A DNA stretch of 64,000 nt, taken from IMG/VR virus record IMGVR_UViG_3300008448_000052; one strand, given 5' to 3'. The translations under genes and the position numbers were made by a program. Below, in pieces: positions 37,902 to 47,221 of this stretch (position 1 is the first letter of the stretch; every line of letters starts with the position of its first letter). Source of the DNA: a virus. The notes under the pieces are model-generated. The model saw only the letters and a list, made by a program, of their open reading frames with translations, made no database searches and was not told where the DNA came from.

Positions 37902-38710
37902 TATTTCTTATCTCCTGTGTTTTGTATCATTGAACCATGATAGTTGTAAACTTCGTCTAAACCGTTAATGTGTAAATGTTCTATACCCTTAGAATAAATA
38001 CCATGAGTTGTGTATAATGCAACCTTATTAGCTCCAGACTCTTTTAATAGTTTTGCAGCCGCAATGAATGTTGCGCCGCCATCACATAAATCGTCTACTA
38101 TAAGAATAGTTTTACCAGTTAAATCAATGGGAAACTTGTGTTTATATTTTAAACCTTCAATGGCACCAGTTTCTTGATTACGTTTCTTTTCTAGAATGAT
38201 AGGGGCTCCATAGTATTCTTCATCATATTGATAGCCACGAGCCGCCGCACCAGCATCAGGAAAACATACATAGTCAGTATTCGATTGTTTTAACACTTGT
38301 TGAATTCTAGGTGAAGGATTTATGTTAATAATGCTAGGCATTATAATGTCTTTAACAGCTTTTATATTGTGCATGTCCACTGTTGTAATGCTTTCAAATA
38401 CTTGACCCATAAGTCTTAAAAAAGGATATAGCGCAAACGTAGACGTGTTTGTTGTAGTTTTGTCTTGACGCGCATAGGGTAGTGTATCACAAAATAAATT
38501 TGCTTTTTTATTAGTTAAAGTAAGTAATAGGTGACCCAATTGATATAGGTGAAAAATTTCCGCTTCATTTTCAAATTTGTATTGAATTCTTACTTCATCT
38601 TTTTGTTTAGGCGCAGGGTTTAAATGCCATGCTTGTGAAGTGCCATCAGGAAATTTAGTAATTTCAAATTCAATAAGTTGTCCAGTCGTCTCGTTAGTAA
38701 TGATAATCAT
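37901..38710 (-). CDS. ribose-phosphate pyrophosphokinase (Prs)-like / Adps-like phosphoribosyltransferase-fold protein
   Basis: ILIVDDLCDGGATFIAAAKLL PRPP-binding loop of type I PRTases; 269 aa with an N-terminal Prs-like half. Confidence 0.6.
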   Translation of the reverse strand: MIIITNETTGQLIEFEITKFPDGTSQAWHLNPAPKQKDEVRIQYKFENEAEIFHLYQLGHLLLTLTNKKANLFCDTLPYARQDKTTTNTSTFALYPFLRLMGQVFESITTVDMHNIKAVKDIIMPSIININPSPRIQQVLKQSNTDYVCFPDAGAAARGYQYDEEYYGAPIILEKKRNQETGAIEGLKYKHKFPIDLTGKTILIVDDLCDGGATFIAAAKLLKESGANKVALYTTHGIYSKGIEHLHINGLDEVYNYHGSMIQNTGDKK

Positions 38711-38814
38711 ATAGGTCCTTTTTGTAAAATGTGGAAGTCTCTCCTCCCTGTCACCTTTGTTTTGTCATCCAAGGTCAACGAATAGGGCTCACTAATCCCT
38801 ACTGTGTTTTTTCT

Positions 38815-40224
38815 TTATTGTAATTTACTGTCTGTGTTTACGCCAATTGTGTTTAACACTGCTTTTCCTGCATCAGTTTGTGCAAAGCCTTCAACAAGGG
38901 CACCCAATTGCATGCCGCCTTTAGCTGTAAAAACATCACCTACAGATTTAATGCCACTTTGTGCATCTCCACCTGAAATAATCATTTTAACTTCGGCAGA
39001 AGATAGTGCTTTAGCTTGTTCAACGCCAACTGCTTGAGTAGCTTTAATTTGCTCAACTGTGATGAGATATTGTTGGTATTCTTTATTAGAACCAATTTCT
39101 TTAGCTAGTGTAACCTGAGCTGCTACTGGTGCCATTTCCATTGCTTTTTGAGCTTCGGCTCTTGCCATACCCATAGCTTTTTCAGCTTCGGCATTAGCTA
39201 CACCATTAACTTTAACACCTTCGGCTTCTGCTTGTTGTAATGCAAAGTTACCATCAGCGGCTCTCTTAGTCACTTCAAGATCGGCTTCTGCTTGTAATTT
39301 TTTAGTTTGTAAATTGGCTTGTGCTGTAATGACAGAAGTAACTTTAGCTTGTTCAGCGGCAATTTCAGCAACTTGTTTATTAATGTTTGCAGAGTTAACA
39401 TGTTCAACTTGTAAAATTTGCATTTCTTTTTCTTTAGTAACACGTTGTTGATCTTTAATGTTTTGTTGTGCAAATTGATTAGCTAATTCAACTTCGCGTT
39501 GAGCTTCAACTTTACGAAGACCAGTAACTTGTGTCGCTTGTTCTCTAGAAAGAGTAGCCTCGCGTTGAGCTTCAATTTCAGATACTTCTGCAACTTTTTT
39601 ATTATTGGCTACAGCTTGACGAGATTCCATTTCAATGAATGATTTTTTCTTTTCCATGATGTTAGCAATTACTTTAGAGTTAGCCGAGTCACGTAAATCC
39701 ATTAATTCAATGTTCTTAACTGTAGATACGCCCCAATTGGACAATTGCTCCCCAACTTCTTTAGTAAATGCATCACCAAACGAACTGCGACCTTGCATAA
39801 TTTCTTCAATTTCAGAAGATGCTAGCACTACACGAACTGCACCTTGAACAATGGCTTTTAGTTGAGAATGTAATTCATCAAAGCTAGATACACGTTGTGC
39901 GGCTACGTTTGATTCTGTTATGCGGAAAAAGGCTTTAACGTCCACTCTAAATGGTAAGCGTCCTTTGTCGTATGCTTCATAGTCAGTTAAGTCTAAGTCA
40001 AATACGCTAGTGGGTAGAGTAATTTTTGTTATACCAATAACTGGCAAAAATGAAGGCCATTCGTAATACGAGTTACCATTTCCAGTATCTTTACCATACG
40101 ATGTTGTACTGCCAGCAGACTGGACAATGTGTACTTCGTTTGTAGAAACCACTCGACGGAAAAATAGTGGCAGAAAAAATCCTGCTAATAATGCGACAAA
40201 TGCTAAAATAGATGCAATAATCAT
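38815..40224 (-). CDS. SPFH/band-7 flotillin-like membrane protein
   Basis: N-terminal TM, SPFH-like core (…RVDVKAFFRITE…IMQGRSSFGDAF…), long A/E/Q-rich coiled coil like flotillin EA repeats. Confidence 0.65.
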   Translation of the reverse strand: MIIASILAFVALLAGFFLPLFFRRVVSTNEVHIVQSAGSTTSYGKDTGNGNSYYEWPSFLPVIGITKITLPTSVFDLDLTDYEAYDKGRLPFRVDVKAFFRITESNVAAQRVSSFDELHSQLKAIVQGAVRVVLASSEIEEIMQGRSSFGDAFTKEVGEQLSNWGVSTVKNIELMDLRDSANSKVIANIMEKKKSFIEMESRQAVANNKKVAEVSEIEAQREATLSREQATQVTGLRKVEAQREVELANQFAQQNIKDQQRVTKEKEMQILQVEHVNSANINKQVAEIAAEQAKVTSVITAQANLQTKKLQAEADLEVTKRAADGNFALQQAEAEGVKVNGVANAEAEKAMGMARAEAQKAMEMAPVAAQVTLAKEIGSNKEYQQYLITVEQIKATQAVGVEQAKALSSAEVKMIISGGDAQSGIKSVGDVFTAKGGMQLGALVEGFAQTDAGKAVLNTIGVNTDSKLQ

Positions 40225-40232
40225 ATGATTCC

Positions 40233-40538
40233 TTAGTAATTAAACTTTTTAGTTTTGGTTGAAGTTTTAAGAGACTTTGTTAAGAAAAACCCTTTAAAAG
40301 TTTTGTTTTCTCTAACAAGTTTGCGAGATAGTAATGCAATGAAGTCGTTGTTTACTTTAAATTTACTACCTCTAGTTGTAAAATCGTGTTCCCAGCGAAT
40401 AGCGTTAATGATGGCCCATGCTGAATAGCGGCGTCTTCCGTTTTTATACAGCACCGTAGCAAATTTTTTAAACTTGTTATACACTGTGGGGTTTTCCTTT
40501 AAATAGTTGTTAAAGGCTCGTCTAGTTGTTGAAGTCAT
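40233..40538 (-). CDS. hypothetical basic protein
   Basis: 101-aa ORF. Confidence 0.4.
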   Translation of the reverse strand: MTSTTRRAFNNYLKENPTVYNKFKKFATVLYKNGRRRYSAWAIINAIRWEHDFTTRGSKFKVNNDFIALLSRKLVRENKTFKGFFLTKSLKTSTKTKKFNY

Positions 40539-40587
40539 GCTTTTCCTTATGTTTTGGTTATGTTTTTAATTGTACTATAAATCTAGT

Positions 40588-40815
40588 TTAATATAATGAT
40601 TCTAACTTGTCAAGCTCTTTTACATCAATGAGTCCAGTGTCATCTAACTCAATGTCGTACATGTTGCCAGTTTTAATAACCATGCTTTCTATCATGCATT
40701 TATTTAGATATAATAGTGTATCATCATCTATAGGCCCACGAGGTAAAGCATCGTTTCTACCAATAGACTCGTTCCACTCTTTACTAAACTCCAAAAGATT
40801 CATTTTCGACATCAT
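40588..40815 (-). CDS. hypothetical protein
   Basis: 75-aa ORF. Confidence 0.35.
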   Translation of the reverse strand: MMSKMNLLEFSKEWNESIGRNDALPRGPIDDDTLLYLNKCMIESMVIKTGNMYDIELDDTGLIDVKELDKLESLY

Positions 40816-41266
40816 CAGCTCCCTTATCTATATTTTGTAAGTTGTTTAAAGCTTCAATGACTTCATCATGTGAAGGTTTTTGTTTTAGATTAAGACTAGC
40901 TACTATGTTTGGGTGAGCAGCTTTCCAATTTTCAAGCTCAACTAGTGCTTCAACTAGTGCTTGCATAGCTTTATCAAACATATGTTTACCATAATCAATT
41001 TCTCGACTTAAAACCTCTTTGTACATATCGAGTAATTCGTCTTGCATTTTAATACGGCGTTCAAAAATACTTACCGTCATAGTTAAAAGTATAATTATTG
41101 TACAAATTAAAACTAAAAGCAGTCCAAAGAAAATATCATTAGTAAAAGTTAAATATATACCAATGAACGCCCATATGGTAAACACATAATTAACAGGAGC
41201 ACTTTTGTAATGAATTTTCATTTCATCAAAAAGTTCTTTCATTGTTGGTTGATTATTTTCTGACAT
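40784..41266 (-). CDS. membrane protein (2 TM) with C-terminal coiled coil
   Basis: 160 aa; hydrophobic FTIWAFIGIYLTF and LLLVLICTIIILL helices. Confidence 0.45.
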   Translation of the reverse strand: MSENNQPTMKELFDEMKIHYKSAPVNYVFTIWAFIGIYLTFTNDIFFGLLLVLICTIIILLTMTVSIFERRIKMQDELLDMYKEVLSREIDYGKHMFDKAMQALVEALVELENWKAAHPNIVASLNLKQKPSHDEVIEALNNLQNIDKGADDVENESFGV

Positions 41267-41519
41267 TGTTTCCCCCGATGCGTTCTGTTAAAGTTGTTTT
41301 ACCACTTTTATAAGTGCTTATAGTTTCTGAACAATTAGTAAAGTAGTGATAACGATAGTCACTAAATCTATATACTTTACATCCATCTTTTTGAAAAAGA
41401 AGAACTACGTCAAAATTGTCGGCTGGATTAGCAGTTTGCACTGACACCGCCTGTCCAGATTTAGAACAAGTAAATCCTGTCAACATAAGCGATGCTGTTA
41501 CTAATAGTATTAATTTCAT
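41253..41519 (-). CDS. small secreted protein (signal peptide)
   Basis: 88 aa; N-terminal MKLILLVTASLMLTGFTC signal-like sequence. Confidence 0.4.
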   Translation of the reverse strand: MKLILLVTASLMLTGFTCSKSGQAVSVQTANPADNFDVVLLFQKDGCKVYRFSDYRYHYFTNCSETISTYKSGKTTLTERIGGNNVRK

Positions 41520-43879
41520 AATTCATTTCCTTTTGGTCTAATTAATTTTACTACAAAACCCGTTAATTTGTCAAACTCTTTTTTGTGTATTAAAAACAAA
41601 GATGGACCATATTCGCTGTATTCGTCTAAAAACTGTTGCTTAAATATTCCTAACCCTTTAGGTATGTTTTCTGGGTGGATTTGTTCAGCATACTCTGCCG
41701 CTTTTTTATACCATCCGTAAGCATTTGCCGTAGCACTAGATGCTTTATGAATAAGTTCTTTTTCTATTGCTTCAACTTCTGGTAATATTTCTTCTGGGAT
41801 AAGGGCTTTATATTCAGAAGGTAGGACAAACTTTCCATTAGGTAGTTCTGCCATTTTTTCCCAAATAGAAATGGGACTGATGCTGTTTAGAATTTTCTGC
41901 ATTTTACAATAGGCAGCACCTTTGTCCTTAATGCGAAATCCAGAAGGAACATAACGACGAACTACACCTTCAAAGTTTACAGGCCACGTTTGTTGTAACT
42001 CTTTAATTTCTTCCGCTGTATAGTTATAGGTTTTACGAAGCGGGAAACCAAGAATGTCGGCAAATTCTTTTAATAGGTCTTCATCTAAGTCTTTACCAGT
42101 AACCTTATTTATGGCACATAATAGGACAAGAGTTTTATCATTACCATAGTCAACAACAAGTCTAGCACCATCATTAAATCTGTTTTCTGGATATATAATC
42201 TCAAAACAAGGTGTATAACGCTTTAACGTGCCCAGCATTGTATTATATTTCTCAGAGCCAGCCTCAACCTTAGCTAGGGCTTCTTGTAGCATGGTTGTGC
42301 CAATTTTAGCTTGGTCAGATTGAAAAGAACCACGAGTAGCTATTTTGTATTTATCGTCAACTGGGTCTAAATATAAAATACCCAAAGAACCATCTAGCTT
42401 TTCCTCTACTACAAAAGTTTCACCTACTGGTGGTTGTGGTAGGGTTTTGTTTTCAAGCTCGAACTCATTAAAAAATTTGGACAAGGGTCTAGCAACAGTG
42501 TCGCCCGTTTCCTTATTTAGAATGAGTCCACGACATTCAATGGTATACTTATTCCAATAGCGTTCATATGTACATTTTTCGCTATAGTTAAAAAGTACCA
42601 ATGGTCCACTTTCTTGTTTACGAAGATAGCCTTGCTCTACTAATTTGTCGTATGTTTCAAATTTATTCATATGGTCCCATTCATCGTCTTTAGGTTTTTT
42701 TGGAACATTGCTATCTATTTCGGTTACAATGGCTATTTCTTTTTTAGGACCGTGGATTGTTGCTATTCGGTTTTTTTCACCAAAACAAGTTCCACCATCA
42801 AGTCCATAAATTGTTTGTTCTTTATCATTAACAATAATGGCATTTTTAATGTCTTCAATAACTATGTGTCCAAAAAATAATTTATACTGCGGAAATTTAC
42901 GTTTCTTGTGAAACCAATAGCCAGCCGAAGCTTCTCTAGTAAAAGTTCCCATTTTGTCATCAAAATAACGAGCATACAAACAAAATTCTCTAGTGGTGTT
43001 TTCTGGATGTACGTTTGGATTAAACCCAGCATGGGTGAAATAGTTATCGTGTATTTTTATAATGTAAGGAAAATCCATCATTTTACAATATAGTTCATGC
43101 TTTTTTTCACCCTCTAACATGTCAGATTTAGTTAGTTGGTCAATGGTGCCTTGAATGCTGTCAGTATGAACCTTATTGCCTCTTAGCCAACGTTTGAGCT
43201 TGTGTCCATGATTTGAGTCAGTGACATAAACATTGGGTGTATGTAATACAAACTCAAAAACCTTGTCACATTGTTCGCCTCTATCGTTTAAGTCCCCAAG
43301 AATGAGAAGCATATCGTTTCCAGCAACATATGAAACTAATTCTAAAGTACGAACCATTTCATCATAGCAAGAGTGAGGGTCGGCTAGCACTATGACTCTT
43401 TTAAAGTCATTAGAATAATTAGTTAAGTCAAGAACCTTTAGTCCTGACTTATGTTCTTGCATCGGTATCCAAATGTCACATTCGTTTTTAATACCTTCAA
43501 ATTCTTCTTTATCAAAGTACATGTTTAATGCTTTATATGCGGTCTCAGCATCGCCAGCTTCTATTGTTGGGTGGTTTCTGCGCTTCATTATTCTATCAAA
43601 AGCCACTGCATACGGAACATGGAAATATCTATATTCAATGACATACCCAGCGGCTTTAGCGGGTTCAACATATCGCATACGTTGTTCTTTAGTAAAACCA
43701 ATGCGGTCAACAATGATGTCGTGTTTTTGTTTTAATAAACTATTAAACTCTCGTAAATGACCTTCTTTTCCTTGTCTATCTTGGTTGACAATAAAATAGT
43801 TCTCAGCTTGAGTAGCTGCCCAAGTGCTTTTACCTGAACCTTGGCTTCCTATTGTTAGTATTAATTTAGGTTTAGTCAT
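41516..43879 (-). CDS. tripartite polynucleotide kinase-phosphatase-ligase (Pnkp-like RNA repair enzyme)
   Basis: N-terminal P-loop GSQGSGKST (5'-kinase); central calcineurin-type phosphoesterase ADPH / GDLNDRG / SNHGH; C-terminal nucleotidyltransferase motif I EEKLDGSLG (ligase-like). Confidence 0.65.
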   Translation of the reverse strand: MTKPKLILTIGSQGSGKSTWAATQAENYFIVNQDRQGKEGHLREFNSLLKQKHDIIVDRIGFTKEQRMRYVEPAKAAGYVIEYRYFHVPYAVAFDRIMKRRNHPTIEAGDAETAYKALNMYFDKEEFEGIKNECDIWIPMQEHKSGLKVLDLTNYSNDFKRVIVLADPHSCYDEMVRTLELVSYVAGNDMLLILGDLNDRGEQCDKVFEFVLHTPNVYVTDSNHGHKLKRWLRGNKVHTDSIQGTIDQLTKSDMLEGEKKHELYCKMMDFPYIIKIHDNYFTHAGFNPNVHPENTTREFCLYARYFDDKMGTFTREASAGYWFHKKRKFPQYKLFFGHIVIEDIKNAIIVNDKEQTIYGLDGGTCFGEKNRIATIHGPKKEIAIVTEIDSNVPKKPKDDEWDHMNKFETYDKLVEQGYLRKQESGPLVLFNYSEKCTYERYWNKYTIECRGLILNKETGDTVARPLSKFFNEFELENKTLPQPPVGETFVVEEKLDGSLGILYLDPVDDKYKIATRGSFQSDQAKIGTTMLQEALAKVEAGSEKYNTMLGTLKRYTPCFEIIYPENRFNDGARLVVDYGNDKTLVLLCAINKVTGKDLDEDLLKEFADILGFPLRKTYNYTAEEIKELQQTWPVNFEGVVRRYVPSGFRIKDKGAAYCKMQKILNSISPISIWEKMAELPNGKFVLPSEYKALIPEEILPEVEAIEKELIHKASSATANAYGWYKKAAEYAEQIHPENIPKGLGIFKQQFLDEYSEYGPSLFLIHKKEFDKLTGFVVKLIRPKGNEL

Positions 43880-44405
43880 TCTTTATCTCGCTTAAGTATA
43901 TTTTAGTATTTCTACGTAATGTATTTTTTCTACATAGAACATAGGCAGACATTATTGGATTATTTATAAATTCCAAAGGATTCAATTTTTCTTCTACATA
44001 GTTATGCACCCATGTGTCTTTATAAACAAAAGCCCAAGTGCCCTCATGTTTAGAAGTTCTTTGCCCTAACAATAATATGTGTTTTTCACTAATGGGTCGT
44101 TCTATATATTCTTCATTAGTCTTTAATGCCGTAACCGTAACTTCTTTTACTACCCAACCATGTTTTGATAGCATTTTTTTCATTGCTCTATCTGACCAAG
44201 TTTTAGCAGTTTTAGGTAACGACTTAGATATAGTTTCAGGGGGTAGGTGTAACAAGGCTGAAAGAGCATATGTACCACACGAGCCTCTTACTTTTTTTTC
44301 GTCAACATGAGTCGGTTTAAACATATAATAGTAGGGTTCTTCATACATGTTAAACATGAATGAACTGGTTTGTTTATTATATTTGTTTGCTGAACCAAAT
44401 TTCAT
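43872..44405 (-). CDS. hypothetical protein (start at internal ATG with ATGA overlap onto HNH stop)
   Basis: The track ORF begins at 44474, but Met24 at 44405 forms an ATGA junction with the stop of the upstream HNH gene. Confidence 0.4.
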   Translation of the reverse strand: MKFGSANKYNKQTSSFMFNMYEEPYYYMFKPTHVDEKKVRGSCGTYALSALLHLPPETISKSLPKTAKTWSDRAMKKMLSKHGWVVKEVTVTALKTNEEYIERPISEKHILLLGQRTSKHEGTWAFVYKDTWVHNYVEEKLNPLEFINNPIMSAYVLCRKNTLRRNTKIYLSEIKND

Positions 44406-44929
44406 AACAAGCTCCCCATGTTTCTTTTTACACCTTTTAATCCAAAACCTTCCGAGTGATGCTGCACTTTCCAATGAGCACTAGAACCTTTTTTAACATT
44501 ACAAGCAGTGCAACATGGTGTTAAATTTCTAATGTTATCAGAGCCACCTAGTGCCAATGGTACAATGTGATCTAATTCTGGAAATGTTTTTCTAAAATCA
44601 AACGTAATGCCACAATAGCCACAAAATAATTTACCGTTTAAGTGAAGTAGCACCATAGACTTGCGTAATTTCCATTTATTCTTATAATGTAGTCCACCAT
44701 CACTTTTTACGGGCTGATTTATATATTTTTTATATAATTCATCCTGAGTAAAGAAAATTTTATTACCTAAACTAAAATAGACATTTTTACTAGTTTTGAA
44801 TATAAAACTTACTATAAGCAATTTTACTTGTAGAATATAATTTAAGAAAAAATACTTTCCACTATTATAATAAAGACTAACAATACTAATAATATCATAA
44901 AATACCTGTTTCTTTTGTGTTGTATCCAT
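44402..44929 (-). CDS. HNH endonuclease
   Basis: CGYCG...LDHIVPLALGGSDNIRNLTPCCTACNVKK HNH motif. Confidence 0.65.
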   Translation of the reverse strand: MDTTQKKQVFYDIISIVSLYYNSGKYFFLNYILQVKLLIVSFIFKTSKNVYFSLGNKIFFTQDELYKKYINQPVKSDGGLHYKNKWKLRKSMVLLHLNGKLFCGYCGITFDFRKTFPELDHIVPLALGGSDNIRNLTPCCTACNVKKGSSAHWKVQHHSEGFGLKGVKRNMGSLL

Positions 44930-45119
44930 GTGCTTCCTTCCTAGAAGATGCCAAAACCTTTAATGTAAAGCGGTAAATATAATAAAAAATGCCACATATG
45001 AAAGTGTCTAGTGTCGTCAGACGCATTTTCATTCATCAATATGTAGTTCACAATTATTAAATGTACCCCTGATAAAATCATGGTGTAAGCCGTAAAGCTA
45101 GTAAACCATGACATGCTCA

Positions 45120-45602
45120 TTAGTTCATCCACTCTTTGTTTGTAATTTTAGCGTCTTTATCAAGTTTTGTGTGTTCTTTTTCTTTGTCATCTTTAATTAA
45201 TTCTTGCAAAGTTTTAAGCATGTACACTATAGAATCAGATGCATCATTAATTTGGTACGACAGATTGTCTTCTGAAAGAGCTAAGTTTTGACCTTTTTCT
45301 TTATCAATTTTTTCAGTAAGAATGTAGTTGTCAACTAAATAGCTTTCAATTTTATTCCAATGGTTCTTTGAAGAAGCTATGGCTCTATTCTTAATGTCTT
45401 CTTTTTTTTCGTTTAACATCTTTGCTTGTTCATGCAATGCATCGGCTTCCATCAGTAATCTACTTTTAGCAGCTTCAATAAATTTTGCTTCTTCACTAAG
45501 TAGTTCAACTTCATTTAAAATTTCATTTTTAGTATTTTCCATGTCTTGAGTTAGTTGGGCCAGCTCTGGGTAGCTGCTAATGTCACATATTTTTTTAGGC
45601 AT
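45120..45602 (-). CDS. coiled-coil protein
   Basis: 160 aa, heptad-rich. Confidence 0.4.
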   Translation of the reverse strand: MPKKICDISSYPELAQLTQDMENTKNEILNEVELLSEEAKFIEAAKSRLLMEADALHEQAKMLNEKKEDIKNRAIASSKNHWNKIESYLVDNYILTEKIDKEKGQNLALSEDNLSYQINDASDSIVYMLKTLQELIKDDKEKEHTKLDKDAKITNKEWMN

Positions 45603-45731
45603 AAGGGTTCCGTTTCTTTAGTAAGATTTAAGTAGTTCAGCGATGCGTTTTTTTGCAATTGCTATTAATGTATCTATGTCAAAAGAAGGCATCAAGGGAG
45701 CATTTAGCCCCCCTGAGCTTTGACGATTATT

Positions 45732-47219
45732 TCATAAGTTTTCTAAAATTTTCTCAACATTATCGTTTGCTTTTTTAATAAGTAAAACATTAGCGTGACT
45801 AGATAATTGTTCGTTAACTAATCCAATGAAGCCTTTAGCTAACATAGCTTGTGAGCTGTCATCAATTTCTTTAGCTTTAGGATTCATCAACTCTAGGTGT
45901 TTTTTCATTGCTGCTGCTGAGTAAACAATGTCTTTAGAAGTCAATGACAACTTTTCACCTTTACCTAAGCGACCAATGGCAAACAACTTAGAGCGTTCCG
46001 CTACTTCACGAATTACTGCTGGTATTTGTCCTGCCAACTCATCACCCACTGCTGTTAAGTCTTCATTTTCTGAAATGAGACCATCAGCATAAACTCTAAT
46101 GAGCTTTTGGGCTGCTGCGCTGTCAGGAGGATTAACCGTGATGATGGCATCAAGACGGCCGGGGCGAAGCATGGCACGTTCAATTTTCTCAATGTGATTT
46201 GTCGTAAAAATACATAGCACTTCTTGGCCTTTTGAGTCGATGCCGTCGATGTTGTTTAATACGTCATTCACTTTTGTGCTACGACCATCAGAAGATTTAA
46301 CCGCATTCTCAATGTCTTCACCAAATACTACTGCTGGTGAATATTGACGAGCAAAAATCATTGCTTCTTTAATGCCTTCAATGCGATCAAGATAAATGTA
46401 TGTCCAACCATTTTTAACCGCTTTAAGGGCTGTAACAGACGCCGTTAATGTTTTACCAGTGCCGTAAGGACCTTCTAATAATACAGTGCGCTTTAACGGG
46501 ATACCAGCGGCTCTACATTCTTCGGTTCTTTCAACTGGTGTGAACAAATTAGTTTGCACTTCTGCTCTCACTTGGTCAGAGAAAGTTAATTCATTTTCAT
46601 TAATGAGCGACAAGTCCATAAAACGAGGAGCTGACATAAAATCAATTTGACCTTCAAGATTTGTTGTCAATTTAATAGCTTGACCTTTATAAAGAGAATT
46701 TTTTGCTGAATAGGCTCTTAATGAATTAGCAATAAATTTAATTTCAGCTTCATACTTTTTCTTAACTACGCCTCTTAATATAAAAATTGGCTTACCGTTT
46801 TTAAGAGCAGCACCAGTGCTTAGTTTTCCTTGCACATTAGGCACTTGGAAATCTCCCCAAATAACTTGAGCAGTTTTACCAAAGGCCACTTCAAGGCTTA
46901 CCATAATCGGAGGATTGGGTCCAAAGAAACCTTGTGTTGGCACCGCATTTACCCAACCATAAATGTCTTTTAACACTTGCATTAAGAAATAGGCACCTTC
47001 CAAAGGCCATGCGCTGTCAATTTCTTCATTGATGGCTACGTCCATTTCTTTTTGCATCTTAATGCGATGCAAGTTATCAATGGCTTCGTCTTCTGTCATT
47101 TCACGAGGGTCGTTTGGCAGCACAATGGCCTTCCCTTGTTTCAATACAGTGATGTCTTTGTTTTTAAAAGCATCCTTGAATTCGTCTTTAGTTCCGTTTG
47201 TTGTTTGTACTTGGTTCAT
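45732..47219 (-). CDS. AAA+ ATPase (classic clade) with ~240-aa N-terminal domain; last gene of Ubl operon
   Basis: Walker A GPYGTGKT, Walker B VVFGEDIE, sensor-2 RPGRLD; starts 2 nt after the E1 stop. Confidence 0.7.
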   Translation of the reverse strand: MNQVQTTNGTKDEFKDAFKNKDITVLKQGKAIVLPNDPREMTEDEAIDNLHRIKMQKEMDVAINEEIDSAWPLEGAYFLMQVLKDIYGWVNAVPTQGFFGPNPPIMVSLEVAFGKTAQVIWGDFQVPNVQGKLSTGAALKNGKPIFILRGVVKKKYEAEIKFIANSLRAYSAKNSLYKGQAIKLTTNLEGQIDFMSAPRFMDLSLINENELTFSDQVRAEVQTNLFTPVERTEECRAAGIPLKRTVLLEGPYGTGKTLTASVTALKAVKNGWTYIYLDRIEGIKEAMIFARQYSPAVVFGEDIENAVKSSDGRSTKVNDVLNNIDGIDSKGQEVLCIFTTNHIEKIERAMLRPGRLDAIITVNPPDSAAAQKLIRVYADGLISENEDLTAVGDELAGQIPAVIREVAERSKLFAIGRLGKGEKLSLTSKDIVYSAAAMKKHLELMNPKAKEIDDSSQAMLAKGFIGLVNEQLSSHANVLLIKKANDNVEKILENL

Positions 47220-47221
47220 CC

